Positions 49,440-62,570 of a stretch of 64,000 nt of DNA are shown here, piece by piece. A program made the translations under genes and the position numbers. The DNA is from Octopus sinensis (Eukaryota), in NCBI RefSeq assembly GCF_006345805.1, contig NC_043012.1, positions 2,914,001-2,978,000 on the forward strand, given 5' to 3'. Within the stretch, counting starts at the first letter, position 1. Each line of letters opens with the position of its first letter. Below the pieces are notes generated by a model, which saw only the letters and a program-made list of their open reading frames with translations, was not told where the DNA came from and did no database searches.

Positions 49440-49860
49440 AGCATTTTGCACACTGTTTTGTAGGGTTCTTTTTCTTATCACTTGGTGGTATTTCCATGGG
49501 AGGGATCGATGATGGTCTTCCTGGTTTCGTGGGAGGCAATAAGGGCCTATATTTTTCAATAATCTTGATGAGTTTTTGCATTCTAAATTTCAGTGGTTTC
49601 ATAGCAGAAGCTGAAGTTTCTACAGATGCTTTATACAAAATATAAGCATTCCAGATAGCCAAATCCATCAAATGAAAAAACTACTTATTTTTTTTAAACA
49701 ACGCGAGTAAATTCGTGATTGCTCAAAAATGAAACAGCACAAAACAAATAAACTCGTTTGAGTGCTAAAATTAAAAGTTAATTTTGACCGAGTATACTCG
49801 TCTGGTTCTAAAAAGATACATTTGCGATGCACGAGTAAACTCGGGATAATCCATTAAGGG
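49440..49860 (-). mobile_element. Internally deleted piggyBac: left terminus fused to the transposase C-terminal region
   Basis: TTAA (49861-49864) + CCCTT terminus; cgagt.aactcg palindromes at 49704, 49789 and 49832; FFHLMDLAIWNAYILYK...KQCAKC translation. Confidence 0.88.
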
Positions 49861-50378
49861 TTAAATTGATATTTATTTGAGTCAACTAGTGAACCTCAAC
49901 GTTGTTACTCAACCTGCTAGAAATAGCAGCCAAATCTCCTTCCAATCATATCTTACTGTCTTAAAAAGAAAGTCTTTGATAATGTTGTCCAGGGCACAGA
50001 GTGTTTAAAAAACAAAACAGAATGGGCATAACTGGAATACCCTTCATCATGCAGTATGCTTGATCAATGCTAATTTAAAACTAAACAGCATTATCATCAA
50101 AACCACCACCACTATTATTATTATTATCATACTTAATTAGTACCATTCCCAATGATTATGATCACCATCATTCTCAGCACCACCTTTACCATCATCATAA
50201 CTGTCACTACTTTCTTCATAATCACTATCAGAACTACAACTAGTACTCTTGTTATCCTTAATACCACTACCACCACCACCACCCACCTCTGTCATCTTTA
50301 TTCCTAAACCTCACAGGTTTGACAGGTCTGCAACAGTGTATTGAATTTATTACAGAGTTTGTTCTTTTTCTCTCTTAA

Positions 50379-50600
50379 CCCTTTTGTTACCAAATTTCAA
50401 TTGAATTGCGCTGCCTTTGTTTCACTTAATTTTGAAAATAATGGAGAATTTAATGAAATAACATTGCCATTATGAATCTGGTGTTTGGAACATAAATTAA
50501 CAAGAAGTTTTGATGGAAGATTTTAATTTAAATCACTTCAAAACATGAAGTTTGTATCATTGGACCAAGGGTAGTCTCAGGTGGGTTGGTATCAAAAGGG
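50379..50600 (+). mobile_element. piggyBac-type MITE family P2 (complete, 222 bp)
   Basis: TIR cccttttgttacc / ggtatcaaaaggg with TTAA on both sides. Confidence 0.9.
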
Positions 50601-51044
50601 TTAATTCTTTGAAATAACAAGGCATGAAGGAATCTTCTTGAATTCTTCAATGTTGTAGCTAATCAAAATTAACAAGTTGCCATTGAGTGGCTAAATCATT
50701 CCCTATCGCTCTTCCTGGAAAGTCCTTCTCTCTGCTGCTTGCTTATTAATGAGGTTCTGTTCTGAAACTTACTAGCAACAATTGTTCTCACTCTCCCTCA
50801 TGACTTCCTTCACTAGCCATTCATTTAGAGGAAAAAGAAAAACTGGAACTGAATGTTGATAATTCAGTTGCTGATTGATGTTTGTATTAGTAAATAAAAT
50901 TTTTTTCAAATTTACTGGTGAGAGGAGAAGCAAGATGAGAGGCAAAAAATTCCACTTTGAGGAACGATTTTTCATGTTAACTTTTTTTTTTTTTGCATTA
51001 TATCATGTAGGGCAAGAGAGAGAGAGAGAGAGAGTGGCATGCAT

Positions 51045-51092
<48 letters not shown>

Positions 51093-51177
51093 ATATGTAT
51101 GCACTTACATAAATTTAGGATTCCTGAAATTGAATATTTTGTAAGAATGCAGTGTTTAGTTAATATTAACTTTCCGA

Positions 51178-51392
51178 AAGGTGGCGAGCTGGCAAAAACA
51201 TTAGCACGCTGGGCGAAAATGCTTAGAAGTATTTCTTCTGTCTTTATGTTCTGAGTTCAAATTCTGTTGCGGTCAACTTTGCCTTTCATCCTTTCGGGGT
51301 CGATGAATTAAGTACCAGCTGAACACTGGGCCAATCTAACCGACTGAACCCCCTCCCCCAGAATTTCAGACCTTATGCCTAGACTAGAAAAG
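51178..51392 (+). mobile_element. SINE family B
   Basis: TSD aatattaactttc at 51162-51174 and 51393-51405. Confidence 0.9.
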
Positions 51393-52068
51393 AATATTAA
51401 CTTTCTGAAGTAGAACACTGCAAGTTGACAATGATTCATGATAGTCTGTAGTAACAAAGAATTAATAAAATCCACTGATCAAGAGTTAGATGTGTATGCA
51501 TTTGGATGCATAAAGCCCAAAGGATGGAGTGGAATATTCAATTCATGTGATAGAATTTTTTCATTCCTTCAAGAGCCTCACAAAGTTGCTCCCCTGAGTT
51601 TTCTGTGCCTTGTACATTTTAGGAACATAAAAGAAGCACAAAGCCTGAAGTAGTATCTGAGTTATTACTGCAACAGTCGATAAAGTAGAAATAAGATTTT
51701 AAAATATATTCTTTCTGTGCAGCCTGGTACCAAATGATCTGCTTGCCAGTGGAGGGCAACCCATGCAGTGGACCATGTATGAAAGAAGCTCATACAAGTG
51801 ACTGACTGATTTAACCACTAATACATAATTTCTTGGTCAGAGGCATGCTGTTCCTCCTCTCTGCTATTTCTGTTACTGCTACAATAGCTCCTGCTCCTTC
51901 AAACTAGCAGGCTGTGTACCCCATCCAGTTAAGGCCACTTTTCACCACCATCACTCCTACTGTGTCTTATTGCTTTGGCTGCTCAATCTTTCCTCCTCAA
52001 ATTACTAAGCACTAGAATTTCCCCTCTGGCCACATTTTTCTTGCTCTAATGAATTTACAGTTGTTTAA

Positions 52069-52242
52069 CTCTTTTGCACCTGCCATATCCGGCCCAAATA
52101 TTCTACCTGTTTTATGTTCAAACTAGTCAGAAGTGGCTTCTGAGACAATCACATCTTTGAAATCTTGAAGCTACAAGATTAATTTTTAAAAATGTGAATG
52201 AATTAGCAGTACGTTTGACAAAGTAATCTGAACGCTAAAGAG
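52069..52242 (+). mobile_element. P1 MITE (internally deleted)
   Basis: TTAA flanks at 52065-52068 and 52243-52246. Confidence 0.75.
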
Positions 52243-52554
52243 TTAAACTGACAGTCAATCACATTCATTTGGGAGGGACTGCAAAGGTCATAAGGACCAC
52301 CCTTCCATTCCAACCTTGCTGTGATTAACTCTACCCCTTATCATGAGACCTGTATTGGAGTACACATATAATATTCACATTTGATTTACTGACAAGTAAA
52401 ACTCATGATGGAATACAGCCATCAGTATAACGCACATAGAAGTACCCTCACATGTAAGTTACACATTACAGGATACTGACAAGTGATGCTTATTTTAAGA
52501 TACATTTATATGTAAGATGCACAATGCCATGCTTTCATACCTATGGGATAGTAA

Positions 52555-52878
52555 AAGGGTAAAGATCCCCTTTAGTCATAAATGACTAGGATTGCACCTA
52601 GAAATTTCCCCTCCGAGGCACAAACCCAGGCAAGCTTGTTTATGGATGACCAGCTGTCACCCATGCACACCAGCCTCTCCTCTCCACATCATTGATGTTA
52701 TTCAAGGGAAACAAATTCCGATACACCTTGGCACTAGTCATATCGCAACTCATTTCTACAGCTAAGTGAAATAAAGCGTCTTGCTCAAGAGCACAACACA
52801 CAGCCTGACCTGGGAATTGAACTCACTACCTTGTGACTGTGAGCCCAACTCTCTAACCACTGAGCCATGCACCTTCAC
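52555..52878 (-). mobile_element. SINE family C variant
   Basis: Same head and tail as the insert at 33647-33979. Confidence 0.8.
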
Positions 52879-52999
52879 ATAGGATAGCATTACTACTCAA
52901 ACATACACAAATAGCCTTGCCTACATTTAAAAGGGGACCATTCAAGTTAATTAGTAAAGGTTTACCTACCACCACACTACAACTGTTTGCTCATAGATA

Positions 53000-53632
53000 C
53001 AGTAATCCTCAACTATCAGGGGTGTTACATTCCAACCCTGCCCTTCGTGATAGGTGAAAATCTATGAAGTAGGAACAGTACTGTACTTTTATTCGTTTAT
53101 TTGTTTCAGTCATTTGACTGCGGCCATGCTGGAGCACCACCTTTTAGTCGAGCAAATCAACCCCAGGATTTATTCTTTGTAAGTCTAGTACATATTCTAT
53201 CGGTTCCTCTTGCCGAACCACTAAGTGACAGGGGTGTAAACACACCAGAATCAGTTGTCAAGCGATGTTGGGGGGGACAGACACAGACACACAAACATAC
53301 ACGCAGACACACACACACACACACACATACGATAGGCTTCTTTCAGTTTCCGTCTACTAAATCCACTCACAAGGCTTTGGTTGGCCCGAGGCTAGAGTAG
53401 AAGACACTTGCCCAAGGTGCCACGCAGTGGGACTGAACCTGGCACTACGTTTGTTGGTAAGCAAGCTACTTACCACACAGCCACTCCTGCGCCTATACTG
53501 TTTATTTTTAAAATTTTTATAATTTGTATATATTTGTTTTATTATGAATGCAAAACAACACCACAGAAGAATCAGCGTAAACTTAAGTAATAAACGGCGA
53601 TAGGTGAACCGCGATATGGTGAGGGAACACTG
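53000..53632 (+). mobile_element. pogo/Tigger-like MITE interrupted by a family A SINE (53088-53494, minus)
   Basis: TA + cagtaatcctc...ggtgttacattccaa...gataggtgaaaatc start; end gataggtgaaccgcgatatggtgagggaacactg + ca. Confidence 0.7.
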
Positions 53633-54077
53633 CATACCTTTTAGCTCACATATATACTGTTTCTTCTCTTTATCTCTTTTATAGCTATTATGTTGGCCTC
53701 CACCCAATACATCTGTTTCTTTTCTTTTCGTTACTAACCTACATTAAACACTTCTCCAAATGGATTCTGCTCAGAACCGCAGCCTCTGGAATTCCGTCCC
53801 TTCCACATTTTTCTGTCAGATATCAACGTACTACTGTTTGAAATTAACAAAACCTACATCAATCTTACCAGTGTGGGAAGGCCAGCAAAAGTCATGAGCG
53901 CTGTTCCTTCTCTCACTTGATCTATCTCTTTTGTTGCTAATTAGGTTGTTAAAATCAGTTAGATAGTAATTGTAACACCAACTTTTTAATATTAAAAAGG
54001 CACACTTATATACACAGCAAACATACATAGAAATATATAAACATACACATACATACATATATATTTATATATATATA

Positions 54078-54346
54078 TACTTAATAATTAGGGTTCAGCA
54101 AAGATTTGCTTTACCACATACCGAAGTTTAGAAATAGCAGCCAAAAAGCCTTAGCTATTTCTTCTACTTTTAAAAGGGACTCCTAGAGAAACCAAAATAC
54201 TTGAAAACAATTCCCACAGGCAAGTATTTTGGTTTCTCTGGGAGTCTCTTTTTAAAGTAGAAGAAATAGCTAAGGCTTTTTGGCTGCTATTTCTAAACTT
54301 CAGTATGTGGTAAAGCAAATCTTTGCTGAACCCTAATTATTAAGTA
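54078..54346. repeat. Long near-perfect inverted repeat (foldback / MITE-like): arms 54078-54203 and 54221-54346, 17-nt loop
   Basis: Arm-to-arm comparison gives 4 mismatches in 126 bp; TA at both outer ends. Confidence 0.97.
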
Positions 54347-54679
54347 TTACTCAAGTTTACGTGAAATGGTCCTTTTTTCATGCCGAATTCTACTTGGTGA
54401 AATTATTGATTACTTCTTAATTAATTAATTTTACCCTTTGTTATTATATATATATATATATCCTAATGTGGTTGGCGTTAGGAAGGGCATCCAGCTGTAG
54501 AAACACTGCCAGATCAGACTGGAGCCTGGCATAGCATCCTGGCTTCTTGTCAGTGAACAGGCCACGGTCTCAAAGTGAAAATATTCTGGCAAATTAAATT
54601 TAAATGTTGAAGTGAATCTAACTGTTTTTGTGTTTCTTAAATGGCTTATAAACACTTTCCACGCTGCAATTGTTTAAAA

Positions 54680-54723
<44 letters not shown>

Positions 54724-55086
54724 CTAAGGTCTTTTGTCTACAGATATCTATCTATCTATATATATATATATATATGTTCCAATCTATGTTGTTTGTTTTT
54801 TTTTTAAAGTTATAAAAGGAAATTTGTCTGGCCAACTTGGTTTGTTGTTGATGCGGTTGTCGTTGTTATTGTCGTTGATGATGTATCTTGAAGATAAAAG
54901 AAGCAAAAATGTGGTTTTAAATAGTGTATTCCAAATATATTAGTCAAATTTAGTCTACATATTGATGGTGGTATATTCTGAGGTTGTTTTAATAACCCTG
55001 GGCTTACCAACCAAATATGCATTCTTTTTCATTATTTGACTGGCTTCATACAGAAAGTTGAGGCCATGCTGGAGCACTGCTTTTAA

Positions 55087-55306
55087 CCCTTTAGTATTCA
55101 GTTTACTCTGTCAAATGTAATGTTTGTTGATTCACATTGGTTTGAATAAATTATGCAGTATCTTGCAGCTTCAAAATTTTGATAATGTGATTGTTTATTT
55201 TTAGAGTAACTTTGAAGGGTAGGTGTGAAAGGCCAGATTTGACCAGTTTGAACAGAAGGCCAGGGGAATGTTTGGGCCTGATGCGACCACTCTAAATTCT
55301 AAAGAG
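55087..55306 (-). mobile_element. P1 MITE (complete)
   Basis: TTAA at 55083-55086 and 55307-55310; ccctttagtatt / aattctaaagag termini. Confidence 0.8.
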
Positions 55307-55751
55307 TTAATGGGTTTTGACAATTATAGCAATTAAAGTAGGTTAGTCTTGTGCTTATTTTATGAATTTCTGTTTATCAAATGGCTGAGTTTCACCTGCT
55401 AAATTACAGCCATATTCATTCAGGAAGTTACCTCCTCTTCATACAGTAAATACCACAAGGAATTGTCGCCAGTAACCAAAGATACCAACTCGGATACTCA
55501 CACACGCATGCACGATGGGCTTCCATACAGTTTCTGTCTACCAATTTTCTATCATAACACACTGGTTAAACTGAAGCTATGGTGCAAGAAACATCCTGAA
55601 GGTTCTATGTGGTAGTGGAATTGAACCTGGAATAATGTGGTTGCGAGACCTATGTTTTAACCATATAGCCATACATGCAGATGTGATAAACAGAAACCGA
55701 TCTTCTATCAGAATTTGAACTATGTATATAACACTTACAGGTTAGCCATAC

Positions 55752-55955
55752 TCTTTTACTTGTTTCAGTCATTTGACTGTGGCCATGCTGGAGCACTGCC
55801 TTTAGTCGAGCAAATCGACCCAGGACTTATTCTTTGTAAGCCTAGTACTTATTCTATTGGTCTTTCTTTTGCCGAACTGCTAAGTTACGGGGACGTAAAC
55901 ACACCAGCATCAGTTGTCAAGCAATGTTAGTGGAGACAAACACAGACACACACTT

Positions 55956-55994
<39 letters not shown>

Positions 55995-56133
55995 TATATA
56001 CGACAGGCTTCTTTCAGTTTCCATCTACCAAATCCACTCACAAGGCTTTGGTTGGCCCGAGGCTATAGTAGAAGACACTTGCCTAAGGTGCCACATAGTG
56101 AGACTGAACCTGGAACCATGTGGTTCATAAGCA
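55752..56133 (-). mobile_element. SINE family A (head slightly truncated)
   Basis: Reverse-complement family A motifs. Confidence 0.85.
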
Positions 56134-57779
56134 AGGGGTCGGGGTGTTTCCTTGTTCCTGCAGATATTCTCTTACAGATGTTTAAGTAGAACATCAACTC
56201 AAAATCAGTCTCACCAGTTTCTGAAGTGTCATGAAAATCACAAAATCACTAATCTGTCTTTACAAGTTACTTGGTAACCCCACTTGTACCAGAGACATGC
56301 GAAAAGCACCCAGTACACACTGTAAAGTCATTGGCATCAGGAAGAGCATCCATTTGTAGAAACTGCCAAAGCTGATCTTGTGCACGATGCAGCCGTGTGG
56401 CTCATCTGGTCCTATCAAACTGTCCAACCCATGCCAGCATGGAAAACAGGCATTAAATGAAGCTGATGATGATGATGTCTACTCCTGGCTAATAATAGAA
56501 GAAAAGAAAGATACATTTCAAAATGCGAAAAAGGACAATAATGATGATAATAATAATAATAATAATAATTACAGATCTATATAATTAACTAGAAGTACTA
56601 CATAGATTGTACAATAATTCAGTGGTAGTGCTATTGTAGATAAATGGAAAAACATTTGTTTCAGAAGATCAGCTGAATAATCTAAGGGCCAATTATTCGC
56701 ATGTTAATTACCATCCATTCTGTTACTCTACAAGAAACCTGTTAACTGAAACAATTAAGGGTGGTCCCTAAATAGAATCCCTATATCACTACTGAAAGCT
56801 GACAAACTGAAAATGTCATAAACTTGAGCAGATAGAATTGGAAAACCATTGTTTGAATTAAATTTGTTTTGTTGATTGTGGAATAGCGCTATTCCTCCAC
56901 CACCAAAATTTACCCCCTTATTTAATACATTTTGTCTTTTTTTTCTTCAGCCCTTTAACAAACTAGTTTTTCTGTTTTTGGCTGGCAAGCTGTTGCTTTT
57001 GTCTCTAGCATTATCAGAGTTAATATTTCATGTAGCTTGCATTGACTGAGCTTCATTCCTTTAAAAAGGGAGAAACGTGGTACATAGAAAATAATGACTA
57101 GGTATTTTATCTCATTTGTTTATCATTTAATTAAACTGTCTTAATTGTACAATAGACGGCATTGATTCTCTTTCGAACATTGAGTCCCTCTTTCTTTTGT
57201 GTGTATGTGTGTGTGTGCGCGCGCGCATGTGTGTGTGTGTGTGTGTGTATGTGTGTGTGCACGTGTGTAAACTGAATATAGCAGATGGCCTTAAATAATT
57301 TGCAAATATTTTGACAACAAAAATGTTCTTCTCCATATAATTGCATATGATGATGATCATCATCATTGCTACCAGCACCAACACTATCATCATCATCATC
57401 AGTACCATCATCATCATCCTCATCACCATCATATCAAAATCTGTTTGCCACTTTTGGCATTGATTGAAATGAAACCAATATCATTTCTTCTGTTTTACAT
57501 TGTTACTTTATGGCCTTAGTGTTTGTCATTTCATTAATTATACTTCAAGGTTTACATTTTGTTTATACATCCTTATATACTTCATATTTGGATGCTCCAC
57601 TTTCCTCTTTGATTATATGTATAGGTCAGTGGATTGGCTGAATCCAGTCAATTGTTGGGCAAAATACCTTCTGGTATTTGGTCTTTGTTCTGTTGTCATC
57701 TGAATTCAAATCCTGCCCAGGTCAGTCAGGGCACGAGCAAAAGAGTTTACTTTGCATCTCCCAGTGTGCAAAGCTGAGA

Positions 57780-58225
57780 AGAACAACAACTACTTTCATC
57801 CACTCATTCGTCTCCAAGCCCCTATTCCTAGGAGAGTCATGGGGGTTGAGTCCTTCAGGCACCTCCTCCAAAGAATTCTATCAGAAGCACCCATCATTTG
57901 ACTTTCCAGGTGGATTCCCAAGTGTGACCAACTGAGACTATGGATATTTATCCAACCATCTCATTCTTGGTCTACCCAACATGTTTCCTCTCTGCTGGCT
58001 CAGCTTGAAGAATCCTTCTTGCAGTTCTTACCTGCAACATTCTAATCACATGTCCACAATACCAGAGCTGTGACCTTTCAATGCAGAGAAGTAGCAGCTC
58101 AACATAGAGAGACTTCCTGATCTCTGAGCCGTGCTGCCTGTCGAGTAATGTTACTTCAGAAATCCTTTGGAGAAACCCCATATAAGCTACTTGTATTCAC
58201 GATTGTACTCTTTCAGCTATTACCT
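57780..58225 (-). mobile_element. Decayed RTE (Expander/Rex3-like) LINE ORF2 C-terminal fragment
   Basis: IERSQLWYCGHVIRM...RRILQAEPAERKHVGRPRMRW, like IERSQLRWFGH...GRPR.RW. Confidence 0.8.
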
Positions 58226-58428
58226 AGCGTTGAACTACTTCCACTTTGTAAAATGTCACTATATTTGCTTCCATTCCACATTAATTAGTTCACTGTGGTC
58301 ACTGTAGTTTCATCTATGAAGACAAGAGAATGTATATCATTTGTGGATATTGTGACCAACAGGCCATACTCTGCTCTCTGTTGGCATCTTTGTCCTTTGT
58401 GGATTTACTATACTCAATGAAACCTCAC

Positions 58429-58480
58429 CTGTCCCAAGCAAAGTAATATTTCCCCATTGCTGGACATGTTTCCATGGAAG
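58429..58480 (-). CDS. Candidate 52-nt exon (e.g. FHGNMSSNGEYYFAWD) of an unidentified gene
   Basis: Strong acceptor gtgttccttgttttcag, donor CAG|gtgagg, all three frames open, non-repeat sequence. No homology recognised. Confidence 0.3.
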
Positions 58481-59732
58481 ACTGAAAACAAGGAACACTA
58501 CTTGTATGATAATAACATTTGCTTATAACTATCAACGTGACGACACAAACACTTACACACAAACACACACACACCATGTAGGCTGGAGTTTAACCTAGTT
58601 TCCTCTGTGTAATATAAGTGACTGAGATGACAACCAGCTTCCCCCTCTCCAGGATGTCATTCCATTCCATCACAGGGTTAACTTCCCAGCTATTTTGGGA
58701 ACTAGTTTACAGCCGAGTAGACTAGAGCAATATGAAATTAGTATTTTGCTCAAGAACACAACATACTGCCTGGTCCAGGAACTGAAACCCATGATCATGC
58801 AGTTGCAAATACAACACCCTAACCACTAGACCATGAGCCTCCTCTTATCTAGGATTACATTTCTTTCGCTTTTTAAGACAATGGGAGTGGAGAAAATTTC
58901 CCTCACTAAACTTCCTGGCTAAGATAAACTTTTCTCCTTAGTAGCCTAAGTTTATGGTTTCTTAGATAAAAATAAAATTTGATAATTTTTATCTTGAAAA
59001 TGATTGGCATGATATATTTTGGAATCCATCCGAGATGAGTTTTATTCTTTGAACTAAGATAATGGATTTTGGTGTATATAACAAGGATGCTTCTATTTTA
59101 GTATCCTCCCAATATTGCAGTGAAACCACTACATCTATATAAACAGTGCTGCTTTATTTTGATTTATAGTGAATGGAAGATTAAAGAAAATAAATGCTAT
59201 CAGGTCAGATTGATAAGGTAGACCCTGCCATATGTTCAGTTTTGTTTTCTTTATCAACTCCACCCATGGAACTGGACAAATGTTTTAACTTTCTATCAGC
59301 ACCAAGATAGTTGTCTAAAGATTTGGCACCTTCTATCAAGCTCCAAACAGATGTTACCAGTGCCCCCTTCTCTCACGACTTCCCTCTCAGTATACTCTTC
59401 TTATCTATCTTGTACCTTCACAGCAGTAGCAGCTTACATTGTGATTACCTGTTTTTTTTGAAATCTGTAAAGTTATATAGCTTTTCAGTGTTTTCTCTAA
59501 CCAATGAGGAAGTCTCTGTGTGGTGAGTCATTTGACCTGCTTGAAATAGCAGTCAAATTCCCTCCCTCCTTTACACTCTTTCATCTTACAATAGAAAGGA
59601 TATACTGGATAATGTAGTTCTAGATAAATGTGTTGGTTACAGTCAGAATGCTTTTGAACAAAGGTCTATTTGACCAGGAGGTGGTCAGGAGATTAGGGAG
59701 GCTAAACTACAACAATAACAGAATCTGCTATA

Positions 59733-60176
59733 ATAATCCTTTCTACTTTAGGTACAAGGGCCGAAATTTGTGGGTGGGGCGGATCTTGTTGATTACATCA
59801 ACACCAGTTCTTAAATGGTACTTGTTTCATCAACCCTGAAAGGATGAAAAGCAAAGTCAACCATGGCAGAATTTGAACTCAGAACATACAGATTGACAAA
59901 ATGCTGCTGAACATTTTGCCCTGCATTCTAACAATTCTACCTGCTTGTTGCCTTAAAGTCTGCTATAGTTATGGTCTCAAATTTTGGTGCAAGGCCAGCA
60001 ATTTTGGGGTAGGAGTTAAGTCAATTACATCAACCCCAATGTTCAATTATCAACCCTGGAAGGATGAAAGACAAAGTCTACCTTGGCATAATTTGGACTC
60101 AGAATGTAAAGACAAATGAAATGCTGATTACCATTTTGCCTGGCTTGCTAACAATTCTCCTAGATCGTCACCTTAA
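59733..60176 (-). mobile_element. Two tandem family B SINEs (59733-59956, 59968-60176)
   Basis: B bodies separated by repeated a(a/g)tctgctata-like linkers. Confidence 0.82.
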
Positions 60177-60191
60177 AGTTTGCTACCATAA

Positions 60192-60356
60192 TTCTTTTAT
60201 TTGTTTCAGTCATTTGACTGTGGCCATGCTGGAGCACTGCCTTTAGTCAAGCAAATCGACCCCAGGACTTATTCTTTGTAAGCCTAGTACTTATTCTATC
60301 AGTCTCTCTTGCTGAACCATAAACATCATCGGTTGTCAAGTGATGTAGGGGGGGGG

Positions 60357-60419
<63 letters not shown>

Positions 60420-60563
60420 CAATGGGCTCCTTTCGGTTTCCGTCTACCAAATCCACTCACAAGGCTTTGGTCGGCCCGAGGGTATAGCGCCATGCAGTGG
60501 GACTGAACCCGGAACCATGTGGTTGGTTAGCAAGCTACTTATCACACAGCCACTCCTGCGCCT
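60192..60563 (-). mobile_element. SINE family A with a ~25-bp internal deletion
   Basis: gagggtatagcgccatgc junction lacks the tagaagacacttgcccaaggt segment. Confidence 0.85.
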
Positions 60564-62299
60564 ATAATAATAATAATAATTATTATTATTTCTTAATCCT
60601 TTTGATCCCAACCTAACCTAGACTGTTTCTGGGTCTATGATACAAACTTCTTGTTTTAACGTGACCTAAATTAAAACCTTTCACCAAAAGCACAAGCAAC
60701 AGAGTGGTCAAGAAAACAAAATGAAATTAAAATTTGAAACAGAAAAAAAAAATCTTACTGGGTAATGTAATCAGTTATGGGTCATTTGGGACACCCTTCC
60801 TCCAACTTCTTTTCTATACAAGAGCTTCCTACAAGTCTATTCGAAAAATTCAGTGCCCTTGCTGTAGAAGTTTCTCAGCCACTGAATTTGTGAAGAAGTC
60901 ACAGGTTTGCTTCTATGAAACAGCTTCAGATTTCACTTTAGGGAGTTTTATATTGCTTCAGTGATACCTCAATAGATTTACAATGAGGAGTAAATAGAAT
61001 CAGACTGTGTGGTGACATTAAGGCTCTCCCCATGGACACTAATGGATTTTTGAATTTGCTTGGGCTGTGTATACCCCAGCTGTTAATGTCCTTCTTATTG
61101 CAGCAATTCAGTTTTGTTTTTTTATTCTTATAAAATGTTGAATGCAATTGAAAGGTATTAACACTCTCCATATGACTATCAATTGTTCGGATGTAATTAA
61201 GAGATGTCAACTGTCTCTACCTGTTATCAATAGTGATATAATTAAAAAGAATTGATTCTAACCAGGTCAAAGATTTGACTGGCTCCGGGAGAAGGGGCTG
61301 GCTGTACATTGAGTTGTTTACTTTCTCTAGTAATCAGTAGACACACTTCACCCATTTATGTGCTTGACTCCCCCCCACCCTCTATATTATATTTATCTAC
61401 TTTCTGTTGTTGGTAGAAGGGTGGGGGAGGGGGTGAGGAGGCGGCGGTTAGTAGTGGTTGGTTTTGTTTACCTACAAGTCAGTGCCCTAGTGGTACAGAT
61501 ATTTTTAGAAATAGTGCAATCCCTTGTTTGCTGCCTTAGACTACTTTCTCAGATGTGCCCTCCCTCCTTTCTTTAGTATAGATTTGGCTGCTATTTCTTT
61601 CAAGTTCAATGTTGATGTGTAAACACCTGGTCCCTTCTCGTTACTTTATCCATCAGATGTGTACAATATGTTAGGATGTGCTAATGGACGGAGACTTGGC
61701 TGCTATTTCTTGCATTTTGAGTGATCATGTGAAGGTTCCCCCTCAGTGGCTGCATAGTAGGGAAGTACGATGGTGGTGGTGATGTTGGTGGTGGTAATAT
61801 TGGTAGTTGTTGGTGATGATAGTTTATTAGAAATATCTAGTAATTTTCCTCCCCCTCATCCCTTCTCTGTCCCCCTCCTGCCCCTTAAGGACTATTTTGT
61901 TTTCTCTGAATGGTATCATAAACAGCCCTTGTTTTATGACTCACCAATATTTTCACTGTTGGCTGTGAAAGAGAAAGAGAAGAGAAAGAAGTGATGTTGG
62001 TGATGTGTTCACCTTTATTCTACCTCACCACCATCATCACCATCATATCTACTGACTGGCATGGAAGCTTTCCTAGTTTTTTTTTTTCTTTTACCCTTCT
62101 TTACTGTTTTTTTTCTTCTTTTTCTGTTTTAATTTTTACTTTGTTCTTCTTATATTGCTGCCTTTCACCCTGACTCTTCAATCTATTCCATACCCCCCAC
62201 CCACCCTCCACCCGTGTGTCACCTAGTGCCACTCAGCTCCACCATGACTTTCATATATGACAGTTAAACTGAACACTTCTCCTTACATGAAGGGAGAAA

Positions 62300-62317
62300 G
62301 AGGAAGAAGCTCTTTAG

Positions 62318-62360
<43 letters not shown>

Positions 62361-62539
62361 TCTCTGTCTCTCTCTCTCTCTCTCTCTCAAATCTTTCAGC
62401 ACCATTGTTGTTGGTTGCTAGAGAGGAACAGCAAAGTAACAGCTGGATCTGTCTGGCAAATGTGTGTACGGCTAGGGTGGTGGTGATGGTGGTGGTAGTG
62501 GTAGTGGTGGTGGTGATAATAATGATGATGATGGTAGTG

Positions 62540-62570
<31 letters not shown>

